From assembly GCA_001643675.2 (NCBI GenBank), contig LSRY02000028.1:496001-560000 (forward strand): a stretch of DNA of 64,000 bases. Direction: 5' to 3'. The position numbers and the translations under genes are program-made. The first letter of the stretch is position 1; the number at the start of each line of letters is the position of its first letter. Origin of the DNA: Monocercomonoides exilis PA203. Taxonomy: Eukaryota; Protista; Preaxostyla. Positions 40,148 through 53,154 of this stretch are shown piece by piece. The notes under the pieces were generated by a model. That model was given only the letters and a program-made list of their open reading frames with translations, was not told the DNA's origin and searched no databases.

Positions 40148-40899
40148 CTTGAAAAAGGTGGGCTAGAGTCAATCAGTGCCCGGCCCTTTTTTTTTTTTTT
40201 TTTTTTTTAATTGATAAAAACAAACTATATTTTTGTATATAATGCTCAGAAAGGGATAAAACACTTTCCAATAATTCAATGTTTTCTCAACAAAAATATC
40301 CTTTCAATTCACAATCTATTAACGTTAATTAAATATTTATTTTTTGAATTTCCATTTTACACTTTGACTGAAATCATATAATTCTATGAAAATTAACATC
40401 AAGATTTTCCAATTCATTTTAATATGTTTTTTAAGCTTTGTTTTCAGTGTCTCTTTTTTATTATTATTCATTTTATGAAAGCATTAAACCTAAGTGATTT
40501 TTCATGTTCAACAAGTTTTTTCTTCGAAAGACATAATTATCATGATTTTAATACTGCTTTTTTGCAATTCGCAAAAGACAATTTATTCCATTTTATTCAA
40601 CAATTGTATATTTTCACAAAAAAATCATTTAGTATATCGTCTTTAAAAAAAAATAGACATGAGATAATTGTTATCCATGAATGAAAATTAAACACTTAAT
40701 TATAAAAATGCAAAAAAAAAAAAAACTTCTATTTGAATTTAAGTTCATAATGATTTCAGGCTTTTAAATTTTTTCTTTGTTTTTTCATTTGACTGTTGCT
40801 CTTCTCCTTTCTGATTGCTAATTTCTTTGTGCAAATGAAAAGTTTGTTTCCATCGAATTGATTCGTTTCAACCTATCTAATTTTCTTCCTATTTCTTTA

Positions 40900-42330
40900 A
40901 CTTTATCTTTATCTTCCTTCTCTTTCTTCTTCTTTTTCCTTCTCTTCTTCTTCCTCCTCCTCATTTTCTTCCTCGTCATCCTCAAGTGCATGCTCTCCGC
41001 TCAGCTCCTATGACCACACCTCAAATGAGTTCATGAGCTCCCGCTTGATCTCGTTCAGCGAAGGCCGCTCTCCTTCCTCCATGCTCAGGCACTGCTCAAT
41101 CAATGCATCAAACAGAGATAAAATTATCGCAGAGCTTTCCCCTCTTCCTCCTCCTCTTTCTCCTGCCAGAATCTCTTCCATCATCCACCACCCATGCTCC
41201 TTCCCCTTCACCCGACACACTTCCTTCTCTGCTCCAAACTCCGACTCTGCCTCCGATGTGCCACTTCACCTTTCCACTTCAGAACAATCGTTGTTGTCGC
41301 ATAGAACTTACCTTTTTCATCTTGTTCCTCCACTGTTCTTCACTATTCTCCTTCACCTCCTGCCCACAACTCCGCAGTCCGCTCCTCGCTCTAATACTCA
41401 GCCTGTGCAGCGCCTCCTCTTCTGCCCAGCTCTCCTCTATCACCTTCTAGCCTATCCTTCTGTTTTCTGACAGCTAGGTGATCTTTCCTGTGTTATAAAA
41501 CTTGCATGTCGTCACACGCTCTTCCTTATCTGCCCAACGCATAAGTGAATTGAAATGTGGAAACACTGCACAAGGTCCCTCCGTGCAATCTCAAGTTGCA
41601 TCCAACTCCCACTGATCTATCAAACAGCTCTGCATGGTAGAAAGCACACACAGGCTACTCCCACACTGGTACCGTCCACACGCGCACTCCGCTCCAGATC
41701 ACGTCCAGCTCGTTCTGACTCTGATCATTCCCACTCACCTCGCACTTCTCAACCACAAGAAACCTCATCCTCTGCGTCCACAACATCCAACTCTCTTCTG
41801 CAAATATCAGAAGATATCTTATCAAATGCAGCGTCTTCTCCACCTCATTACACATATGATTCGCCTCCACCGCCAGCGTCCTGCACATCCTCTGCTATGC
41901 CCTGCCTCCTTCCATAAAAGATGCAAACAACTCCCTCTCCCATCTTAGCCGGATTACATCAAATAGATCCACCTCATTTTCCTCCACACATTCCACAAGC
42001 TCATCGCATCCCCTGATCTTGTTCCCGCTCGCTTTTTCATGCTGCTCGCTCGTCAGTGTGAACTCCAAGTTGAGCACCTGCCTTCACAGGTTCAGGCACT
42101 CCACAAACATTTCACTTCCCGTAGCCACTGAGTTCCATATAAAGCTTTGCCTGCGCATCCCCAGCCCCAGCCCCAGCTGCAGCTTTTTGTGTACTGCACA
42201 GTCGCTCATCTGCACATCGATGAACGTGAAAAACCCATTTTCTGCGCTCCCAGCAGCACACAATATTTCCCCCGTCCACTTGCTTGCATCTGAAACTCAG
42301 TATCTGAACTTCTGTAATTGTTTTTGTGTT
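40900..42330 (-). pseudogene. Decayed protein-kinase-like gene fragment
   Basis: GC-richer coding-like sequence broken by many stops and frameshifts. 'LIEQCLSMEEGERPSLNEIKREL' resembles kinase subdomain XI and is followed by an acidic tail. Confidence 0.55.
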
Positions 42331-42816
42331 TAATAAGAATCTCATCAGTTAACAACATTTCTTAAAATTGATTAAACTTTTGAAATCCAAATGAATGAGA
42401 AAAATCGTGTGAAAAATGAAAAAATAAATTTGCATACTAATAATTATTTGACTTTGGAGAGTCAGTAACTTTATATAAAAATATTTTTCAACTGAGAAAT
42501 ACAACCACTTAAAAAAATGACTTAATGATTTTAATAACGTCAGTGACAGACAGCGACGTTAGTTATGTGGTATTTTTGCCACTTGAAAAAGATCATTACA
42601 CAAACCATTGTTCATTTTATTAAATTGAAAATGAACAACTAAAAAATAATAATAAATATTATTATGACACACAAAATCATAAAAAATTAATATAAATATA
42701 TGTCAAATTTTCTTTGCATTACAATTTTTAATTTCAAAATAAATGTTTAAAATGACTGAGTGTTATTATTTTCTGTCACTTCACATCATTCCAAAAATGT
42801 TCACGTCAAAAGGTAT

Positions 42817-42929
42817 GTGACGCAGATGTTTAATTTTCAGTTTAAACTCAATTTTTCAGAATCCCATTGAGAAAAAAATTTTGATCAAAACTCGAATGAA
42901 AGGATGATTTCAAAAAAGATCAGCCATAT
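42817..42929 (+). repeat. Right copy of the inverted repeat; start of an AT-rich repetitive element remnant
   Basis: See the left copy. Its motif ATATGG(G/C)TGAT..TTT..AAATC recurs at ~42968, ~43824 and ~44065-44110. Confidence 0.85.
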
Positions 42930-44836
42930 GTTAAAAATCAAAAGTTCGAAATTTTATATAGAAAAAAATATGGGTCATTATTTTTCATATCGTAACTTTG
43001 TTCAAAGAAAGATCTTTTTTTTATAATTGTGGTATGAAATGAAAAAAAGCAAAAAACATATGGGGGAAAATATGGACTTTCAAGCTTTTTTTGCACAAGG
43101 CATTGAAAAATTGCTTCACTCATAACTTTATTAAACTTTCTCAAATTTTCAAGTGATTGGATTAGCATAACCGTAAACAGGCTTCGTTGAAATAATAATA
43201 TGAAGTTTTCCAACATTTCACGAATGTCAAAAAATGGACTCATTTTAATTGTGTTTTTTGATCTCAAAAAATCAATGAAAAGAGCAGAATTTTTCAATGA
43301 AAATGCCTGAAGAGAAATATTTTGCCCCATTTGTTTTTGACATCTCAATTTTTTTTTGCAACATTCTTGATTTCAACTTATTATTTCTTTGTGAAAATAA
43401 TGAAATGTCAAAAATTTAAGAAAAAAGAAATTGCTTTATTAATGGATTTTACGTTGATAGTTCGAAGCAAATGCTGTTCAAAACAAATCATAACTTTCAT
43501 GTGCGTTTCCTGGTTGGCAAAAAAAAAAGAACTATTAAATTTTGCAAAAATACGTAATTTCTCAAGATGTGAAAAAGGAAAATAAAAAATAAAACAGTAA
43601 ATAAATAGCATGAAACTGGTTAGAAAGGATTTTTAATGCGCAGAAAGCCATTCAGCGGTTTTCACTTGTTAAGAAACAAAAACCTTAAAAGTTCCAATTA
43701 AGTTAAAAGTCACATTAAAAAGTTGACACAATTGAAAAACTTGTCAGGTGTGAATTTTTCATTTTTGTCACATATCTTTTTTCAATTGAACAATACGACA
43801 TTTCTTTATGTTTAACAATTTAAATATGGGTGATTATTTTCGAAATCATAACTTTTTTTGGAGAGTTTATTGTTATGAAAATACATTGTTATTATCTTTA
43901 TAATTTTCATTTCGAAATTAAATGTTTATTAATCGTTACAAAAGCCTAAGTTTGAAATGGAAAAATTGTCTATAAGTCAAAAAAATTGATCAATAATTTT
44001 TCAAGGTTCATTTACATATATTCAAGTGTAATTTTCGAACCGATATTTTTGTTAGATAAAATATGATTTCAAAGATAATTACCCATATGGGTGATTATTT
44101 TTCAAACCGAAACTTTTTTCGGGTTTTAATTATTTTGAAAATTCACTGCCATTTTCGTAAATGTTCGCTTTTGAAAAGAAATAGTTTTTCAATAATTTCA
44201 AAATTTAATAATTGATGAAAAAGAAAGACAGAAATGTTTTTTATTGCACTTCTCTCTTTTCTATGTTCAACAGGAAAATTTTTATAAACAAAATGGCATA
44301 CTGCAACTAAAAGCACATCAGTTATTTTTCACAATTTTATCACTCCAAGAAAAAATTGAAGTTATTTTCGACAACTGTAATCCCTTTGTTATGAAAGCAT
44401 GAAAAAATTTCAAAAACACTTTAAATTGAGTAAGAAATTTTATTAATCAAAAAATATTGATCCTAGGATCACTTTGATCTTAAATTTTCAAATAAATAAT
44501 ACTCTCGAAATAAGACTTTTTTGAATAAAAAAAGAGTATAATTGCAAAGACACCTAACGAATGAATGCAAATATTACAAAAAAGAGACTAAGCCTGTATG
44601 ACTGACGGACTTAAAGAATTAAAATTTGAAGAATTGACGGACTTGCTGAAATAAAACAAAACAAAAACCAATATGTATAATAAAAAAAAAGAAAATAAAA
44701 AAAAATTGTTGAAACAATTGAAATAATTAGAATTATAATTTGACATTAAAATATTTTATAATATATTGATTTGAAACGGATTATGGGAAATTGACCGTTG
44801 TGACACAATTGGATTTTTCGGATCAAAAAATGTCAC

Positions 44837-47191
44837 ATGGAGTCAACTGCCGTCAGTTCCCTCACAGCAGATTCTATGGATCTCGAACAAAATGCACTTG
44901 AAGAAGGACTCAAAGACAGCTTGTCTGATATTTTTATTGTTTGAGTTTTTGAAATATAATTTTTGTTGTCACATTATAAAAATATTTTCAAGGCTAAAGC
45001 TTTTGAAGCAAAAATCAAAGAGTTACAAAAAGCGAACTGTCAAATTATTAAACTGGAATTGCTACGTAATTCAAATTTTGGTCCTGGTATGTCAGCTCAG
45101 TGATAAAAATGTTTTTTCTTATTTTTTATTTCAATTTTATTTTAATTATATACAAAAGTTTACAAACATCCAAAGAAATCAGATGAGTTCATGGATAAAA
45201 TTTCGTTCGAAGTTGTGGAAAATAACTTATGGATATCTTATTACAAAGTGGACAAGAACTGCGAACCCAGTAAAGACTGGCATAAGTATTACTTATGCCC
45301 AAACAGCAGGGATGGATTTCCATGCGGAGTTTCAAGTCGCAAAAATTATTCAACAATAGCTAATCATCATTGCTTAATACTTAACTCAAATCAAATATCT
45401 ACCATGATGGAAAAACTGCAGAGAACCAAACAAAGAAAATTGTGTACGGAATGCTTTTCAGGTTCTTCGGATCAATTATCTAAATTGGAACAATTGTATG
45501 TGAAAATGATTTGCAAATCAAACATTTCTTTTCTTTCGGCATCGTCAAAAGAAACAAATGATTTCATATCTTCATTAATTCAGATTAGTCAAAAAAATCC
45601 ATCTGTTCCGGTGTCGTCGATATTCCCAAAATTATCAAGGCGAAGAGTCTGTTTTATGGTACAGAAACAAAAAAGTCAAATGCAACTGGAAAAGCAGACA
45701 AGAATTACAAACAACGGACTTTGTATTTTGTTGGATGGAGCTACTGCAGCAAACAAACAGAATACGGTTGTGACTGTTGCAACACTATCACTTCGATCAT
45801 CTCCATTTTTCTGGGGTTAATATCCTTCATGTTCAACTGCGCATGAATACGAACAACTCATTTTCAGCCTGATTGATGAATTTTCAACCTTCAAATCATT
45901 TATAAGAAGTTTCTGCTGTGACGGTTTTTCTGCTCAAAAAAAAGCTGTTGAAAATATTTCTATCCAATGTTAAAAAGACAGTGTAACTCAAAAATCATTT
46001 TCATTGGTTGTCCCTATTTACATTTACTGCTGCAATCATCTAACAAATTTAGTTATCTCCTCTTCTTTTAGAAAAGTTCCATTTCTTTCAAATCTTCTTA
46101 TCAAAATTCAAGAATTCACAAAATTGGCCCATACCAGAAGAATGAAACAACTATTAGGAAAAACTATTCCTTCATTTGTGCCCACGAGATGGTTCAGCTT
46201 GTATTATGTTTGTTCATTTATTAGGAAAAACCACAAAGTCATAAAATTCGAAAAGTTTTTAAGTGAAAAGGATTTGTTGAGTATCATTTGTTTGGAAATT
46301 ATTCTTTATCCATTATTTCGATTACATCTTCAGTTTGAAAACAATCACTCGAAACTGTGCAATGTATTTCCTTTCATTTTGCAAGCAATAGGTTTTTTCA
46401 TTTGTTTATCAAAACATACTTTTTTCAATCATGGAGTTTGGCACAATGTTATTACAAACTTTTTAATTCAATTACATAATTACTTTTTGATTGGAACAAA
46501 AGGAGAACTTATAGTGCTATCATTTGCCTTAACGCCAACAGGAATGCAAAAGTACCGTTCACAACAGTTTTCTTTTGATTATTTCAAGTATTTTAATTTA
46601 TTTGATAAATTCAATTATGATCCAGAAACTCGACCTTCTTTTAATAAAGGACGAAGAAAGAATATTGCTCTGTCCGATTGTTCGCAAACTGCAATCACTT
46701 TATCTTCGTTGATGTCATCTTCAAACATGTTCTCGGGCTTTTATTCCTCTGGTTTTCATTCAACAACAAGGATGTTTTCTCCATTGGACAGCGAACGGCA
46801 AGCACAAGCTTTCAGGAACCTTGACGACGAACTGTCAAACGATGTCGACAATTGTGAGGGTATGACTCAATATTTGGCGAAAAAAACAAAAGAGGAATGT
46901 GAAAATGATCACGACAGAAAATTGGAAGATATTTTACAAATTATTGAAATCATCAATGAAAATTTTGATTCATCAAAATTTGAAACCTCAATAAATTCAT
47001 CTTTAAGTGAAAAGGATGAATTAAGTGAGGAAACTGATGATGAATATGGACTTCTTGAAGCAGAGGATGAAGCGATTAATGACATGTTTGAAATATCTTC
47101 TTCTTCTTTCTCTTCATCATCTTCATCAATATCATCCTCCTCCTCCTCCTCTTCTTCTTCTTCTTCTTCCTCCTCTTCTTCCTTTCCTTCT

Positions 47192-47241
<50 letters not shown>

Positions 47242-47885
47242 AGAAATTGAAGATCATCGAGAATGCACAACTTTCATGGATGAAGAAATATCAATGGATG
47301 ATAGTCTCAGCGATTGTGAAAATGACGAAAATTCAGACATTTATAAGGAAAAAATTATTGATAATTTATCTTTCGATGAGGTGGAAATTCTATTTTCTAC
47401 AAGCAAAATGTCAATGATCATAGAACAATCATACGAAAAAGAAGAAGAATCAATTAAAATGATTGAAAAAGAATTGTTGACAGATTGGTTCCCCAGGTTA
47501 TTGTCTTCGTTTGCTAAATATGCAAATAAAGTTATTGGACATTACGATCCAAAAATAAAATCCGGTTGCTGCAAGTTGTTTCAACGATTTTTAAAAGGAA
47601 GCTCATCTTCAGTCATCGAAGAAGATTCGGAAATTTTTTACAATGCTTTTTCCTCATACGGAGACCTTCAAACTAAATACGCTGGATTGTGCCTGACTCT
47701 AATTACATCGCCATGCAGTGAGGTTAGTTGCGAAAGAGTGATTTCGAGAATGAAAAATATTCTTGGAGATAAAAGGTGCTCCCTTAGCATTCAATCGTTA
47801 AATGCATTATTACAAGTTAGTTATTATTTATTTATTGATATGTTTTTGAATTTTTTTTATCTTTTCTTATGAATCCAGATATAAG
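44837..47885 (+). pseudogene. hAT transposase with introns and two in-frame TAA codons
   Basis: BED-like Cys/His region, DDE triad ('LLDG', 'CCDG', 'SEVSCERVIS'), CxxH ('CCNH') and 'PTRW'. ORFs 45191-45820 and 46004-47872 are in the same frame, interrupted by TAA at 45818 and 45971. Introns at ~44939-44992, ~45087-45158 and ~47816-47878. Confidence 0.85.
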
Positions 47886-48299
47886 ACACAATTGCATAGG
47901 AAAGGTTGCATTTTCAGAATAGAAGATAATTTATTGATATTGGATTTTAAAACGTAACAATCCTTAATTCACAAAAAGTCTTCAATTTTTCATAATCAAC
48001 AAATTTTTGCTTGTATTTTTTTTTTTACAAAAAGAAGTTTTTTTGGACATTAATACTTGTTGAAAACTTATTTTGGAAAGATGACACTCTCAAATTCTTT
48101 TTTTCTTTGAGTGAATCATATCCCCTTTAAAACACTTCATCCATTTACAAACAAAAACATTTCATCTGTAGATTACAGATGGCTCACTTTTGATCTAAAT
48201 GTTTCAAACAATTGTATTTATGCTTTTATTCCATTTTTATTATCTTCTTTATAATTTTGAGTGAATTTTTTTCAAAGAAATAACTTTATGAAAAGCGAT

Positions 48300-50915
48300 G
48301 ATATTTTGAGCAGCACAGGTTGTGAATTGGTTGTACAGATGGATCGTCAAAGAAAAAAACAAATGAGTTCAAGAGAACTGAGGATGACCCATGTGCGGAT
48401 GAAACAAAATGAGGTGTAAGTGATTGTTATGATAAGGAAAAAAAAAGAAGCAGACGACGAAGTAATTGAAGGAGAAAACGTGTTTTTCACAAACTGGTTC
48501 TTCAAAAAACGCTTATTGTTAATTGTGTCTTCAATCATTTATTTCCTTGCCTATTTCTCAACAGCGTCCTGCAGCCTCATCGAATTCAGCTTGACTCAAT
48601 TATCTTTTCCCTCTGATGAACAAAGCACTGTGTGATGCCTTCTGCTCCAAGCATGTCGTAGAAAATGTCTTCGAGTGTGTTGACGCCTTGTGACTCGAAG
48701 TGGAGGATAAACGAGAACAAGTACACAAGTTGTTTCAATGGTCGTGCTGGAACCAGCTTCGAAGAAATAGCATTTCACTGCGTGTCAAGGGAGTGTACTG
48801 CAATAGAGGAGGGTCTGAAGAAGTAACAAAATTTCTTTGCATTTTTTGTTATCTTTGTTTTTGTTCAGCTTCAGTGATGGACCATGATTTGTTGATGGAA
48901 AATGAAGAAAGTCGAAGTGCAGTGAGTGAAGAGTGTGGTAGTGATTTGTTGAGCTGAAATAAGATTTGAAATGAATGAAGTGGAAGCAAATGAAGAGAAA
49001 GAGAAAGAAAACAATTGAAAAGAAAAAGATGAAGGGAGAGGAAGCACTGAGGAAGACTTAGTCGATAATGGAAAAGGACTCGATGGAAAAGGCTGATCGA
49101 ATGAAGAAGGAACAGACAGTGGAGGAAGCTCTGAGAGTTGTGTGGAGGTAGCTGCTTATATCGAACAGACTGAAGGAAATTGTGTGAATTCCATGCTAAC
49201 AACGTATTGAAACAATTCAGAATCAACAGTAACTTATATATTACGTAGTGGAGGCTAATTATTCTCTGCGATTAAGATGGAGATATGCGAGTTCATCTAA
49301 ATGTGTTCTGAACTGCAATGACCCACTTCACTCGCCAAAGAGCCATCACCCATCGCACCCTAAAATAAGTTGTGTTAGCAAAAAGCTGTTTGACAACGAT
49401 TCACTTTGCGCTTCTCCTTCACTTGCAAAATCGTCTTTCAGAAACAGCTTGCTCGTTTTTTTTTTCATTTTCGTCTTTTCCTTCTGCACCGCCTTTTCTT
49501 CATTCATGTGATTTATCCCTTTCTTTCTTCTTCGATTTCATTTTTGATTCATTCTGTAATTGATTTTTATGTTTGAATTTTGGCTCCATATCTTTAGCTT
49601 CACACTTCTTCATCAGTGGCTCTTCCGACTGTTCACTCTGCACTATCTCTGCGCTGATCGAATTTCTGTCTTCACTATTTAGCCTTTCTTCTTCTTCTTC
49701 CCTGTCTTTATTGCAGCTTTCATCGATGTTGTCGCTCCACGGGATGTTTGGTAGAGCGGCTTGACAGGTTGTTGCAATTGTTTCAGTATCAATATGATAA
49801 TTGCTGGAGATCGAATGATTTGTCAGGTGCAAAGGAGTGAATGCTGTTAAGGTGTGGATGTGATCCGATTAAAATCGTGAAAAGAAAAAAAACAATGATG
49901 ATATAGAAGAAGAATGATCTTTTGAAAATGATTTTCATGAGGAAAAAGACATCGATGATTTCGAAGAAGCAGGAAGTATATAATAGTGATCCGTTTTTTG
50001 TCGGCTTGATAATCCTGATATTTGTTTGCAGTAAAATAACGCTCTTTTCTGGAGATGAAGCAGAAGGCAGTGCAGATGCAAGGCCGGAGTGCGTCAATGG
50101 TTCAAAGGATATTGTGCCTTCATTCTCTTGTGAGAGGAAGAGTGAAGGCGACAGAGAAACCAGGGAATGGGCAAACGGGCCATGGAGCGTTCTGAAGATC
50201 TAATATAAATCTTCATCGCTTTCCCTTGTACTGTTGTAACTGATGATCATCATCAGCTTCTGCAAATTTTTCAGATGCCGTTTCTCGAACCATTCTTTTT
50301 CTTCTCTTTCTTCGAACTTCTTCTCGTTGTTGTTTAGTCGGAAACACTCATGTGGAAGAAGCTTCAACATTGAAGATGTAAAAAGCTAAAGCAGAAGAAA
50401 AAGAAGAAGAAGAAGAGGGAAAAAAAGAAGAATTGTATGATCGTTTAATGAAACGGAGAAGAAAGAGATTGAGAATAGAAGTAGAAGAAGAACATGAGGA
50501 GGAAGAGGAGGAAGAAGAATTTGAGGAGGAAGACGAAGACGAAGAAGAGGAAGAGGAAGAGGAAGAGGAAGAGGAAGAGGAAGAGGAAGAGGAGGAAGAA
50601 GAAAAGAAAGAGTTCAGAATGGGTGGAAGTTCTTATTTCTTTGAGGGTTTCAAGAGTTGCCTGTAATAGGCGAAATGAATGAATGGCTCATACAATTCTG
50701 AGATGATCCTCATTCGCCTGTTGGATGAGCAAGAAGAGAAATTGAAGGGAGGTAAGGAGATAATGGTGGCTATGCGTGCGTTGGAGCGAAAATGCTGTGG
50801 AAAAGATGACAGAATGGATGCTGAGGAAGAATAGGAGAGAAAGAAGAAAAGGAGGAGAAAGAAAAATAGAAGGAAGAATAATTGAAAGTTGATAAGCGAA
50901 AGAAGGTTGTTCGCA
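48300..50915 (-). pseudogene. Decayed second gene (cargo or accessory) inside the hAT element
   Basis: Coding-like blocks (e.g. 'RPLKQLVYLFSFILHFESQGVNTLEDIFYDMLGAEGITQCF', ORF 49500-49832, poly-Ser at 50490-50600) separated by intron-like AT/pyrimidine tracts and interrupted by stops. Boundaries approximate. Confidence 0.5.
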
Positions 50916-52534
50916 TATTTGTTTTTTTCACAAATGCCTGTTCATTGTTTATACCAAAAAGAAAGAAATAAGAAGTTCGACTTGTGATGAATATTTCGTT
51001 TTTGTGTTGAATCAAAAAAATCATAAACTTTTTGAAGAAAAACTTCTTGGGCTTTTCTTTTTCCATTTTTTCTTTTTTTTTCCCAACAATATGGTATTAT
51101 TTATTGGTATGAAAATTAGATTCGATAACACGACAATTCTATCAGTTTTTAAAAAATGTGTTGGTGTATTTTGCTTTGTTTCTTTACTCTTCATTAATTA
51201 CATAATATCACATTAATTTATATTATAAAGGAAAATTTATTTTCAACTTAACAAAATGTTAGCATTTTCACAATGAAAAATCATAGGATTAATGAGTTTT
51301 AATGAAGATACAATGAAGTTTTTAGTTCCATATAAAAAAACAAACATTTTTGGTTGATTCTTAAGTTTTAAAGTTTGAAGGCATTTTATGTTTTTCTTTG
51401 ACATTAATCTCTTCATAAAATTTTGCCTTTTCAAAGCTAATAAAAACAACAAACAAAAAGTTTAAAATAAATTGATTTTGAAACGCGAATTGAAATGTAA
51501 TAATATGTTCTTTTTCAAATAGAATAAGTTCAAATCGAATTCGTATAAAAATAAAAATGGATTTCATTTAACCAACGAAAAAAATTGAGAATAACATTTC
51601 TTATAAATTCAAAGGAGAAAAACAGATTTAAAAAGTTTGAGCAATCGGTGATAACAAAGAATGTGAAAATGCAAACATTAAAACTATTTATTAAGACATT
51701 TTAATTTAAGAAAATGTGAAAAAGTCTATTTTTTCTCTTAAATCAAAAAAGATATTGTAATGGGTTTTTCGGCAATATATATATAAAATTTTATAAAATT
51801 TTAAATACTGAAAATTTCAAATTTTTTCCTAATTGAAATATTTTTGGTATTATTAAAAACAATGATAAAAAATTTTATTTTTTCAAATTAATTTTTTTCT
51901 TTGACAAGAGTAATTCAATTTGACGGACGTGACGAGGGATTTTTTCACTTGTAACACAGGCTTAAAAGAGACAAAATTTGAGGATAAAAAATTGAGTGTG
52001 TTTTTAACACTCTAAGTTTCGTCTATTTTTTATAACTTTTCAAAAACTTCATTGTTTATTTATCCATTTATTTTATACATATAAACTACCCTCAATTTAA
52101 ATAAAAACTCAAAGAACAGTATAACAAAAATTAATGAATATTATTAGGTTTCATTGATGTCCTTTAAGTTTCATTATGCCAACAAAATTATAAACCATGA
52201 TTTTTTAACGAAAAAATATGATTACATATTTTATCACCCAGTTTTTAATAAAATAAAAACGAGAGCTAATACCTTTGGTTTTTAATATGGAAAAATAAAA
52301 TGTATATTGCGTTTCGAGTACTTTTTCATTTCAAAGCAAGATTGCATTTGTAAATGGAATCACATCGAGGAAATCATTTTTGAACAGAACAGACGATATT
52401 ATTTGATATGGAATAAAATTTTTTGCTTTCTGAATTTTGTTCTATTCTTCTCTAACAAATATTTTTCTCAGTTTTTGAATTTTTCTGTATTTTTTTGACA
52501 TAGGAATGCAAGATTTCTCATGATAAGGTTGTGG

Positions 52535-52892
52535 AAAAAGTTTGGAACAAATCTCAGTTTTTTTCATAATTGCAAAAATATTGTCCCATATGTTTTTAAA
52601 AATCTTAAATTAATTCTTATTTAATAAAAAAATATGATATTCAACAAAAAATATTGTAAAAAAAATTGATTTATTATATTTTCTTTGACTGAAATCCAAT
52701 TACGATAAAAAAATTGAAAATTTTTATTTGCATCAATTTCTCGATAAGAGATTTCCCGGTCAATCGACAGCAAACATGTTAATTTTTTGAGTTGCGAAGG
52801 CTAAGTTATGGAAGATTAATTATGATTTGATTGAAGAAAAAGTTTGAAACAAATTGTTCTTTTTTTCATAAATACAAAAAATTTATCCCAAA
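52535..52892. repeat. Two degenerate ~57-bp direct repeats in AT-rich DNA right of the hAT element
   Basis: 'aaaaagtttggaacaaat..tttttttcataa..caaaaa..tgtccca' at ~52535-52592 versus a similar sequence at ~52836-52892. Confidence 0.55.
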
Positions 52893-53154
52893 TAACAAAT
52901 TCAAATAAGTATCAAAACGTGATTTATTTATCAAAAAAGAAACTGTTCAAAATTTTAGAAACTAATTTCTTTTTCAAAACAATTTGAGTAATAAAAATTT
53001 TTATTTCATCGTTGATAAAATTAAAAATTATCAAGGTTACAAACTTTTTATTCATGATGTTTTCCAAAATTTCACTTTTTCGAATGTTAAAAACAAAAGT
53101 ATTATGAATGATAATAAAATAAAACAAAAATTTTAACATTTGACTGTAATGAAA

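Larger units (their letters stand above)
44589..51964 (+). mobile_element. hAT-superfamily DNA transposon, 7,376 bp
   Basis: TIRs TAAGCCTGTATGAC (44589-44602) and GTAACACAGGCTTA (51951-51964), 12/14 match. Perfect 8-bp TSD AAAGAGAC at 44581-44588 and 51965-51972. Subterminal TGACGGAC at 44603, 44635 and 51921. Internal hAT transposase. Confidence 0.92.

Noticed and set aside
42540-42782. 9-bp inverted match AGTGACAGA/TCTGTCACT as MITE ends
   Set aside because: Too short and no TSD seen.
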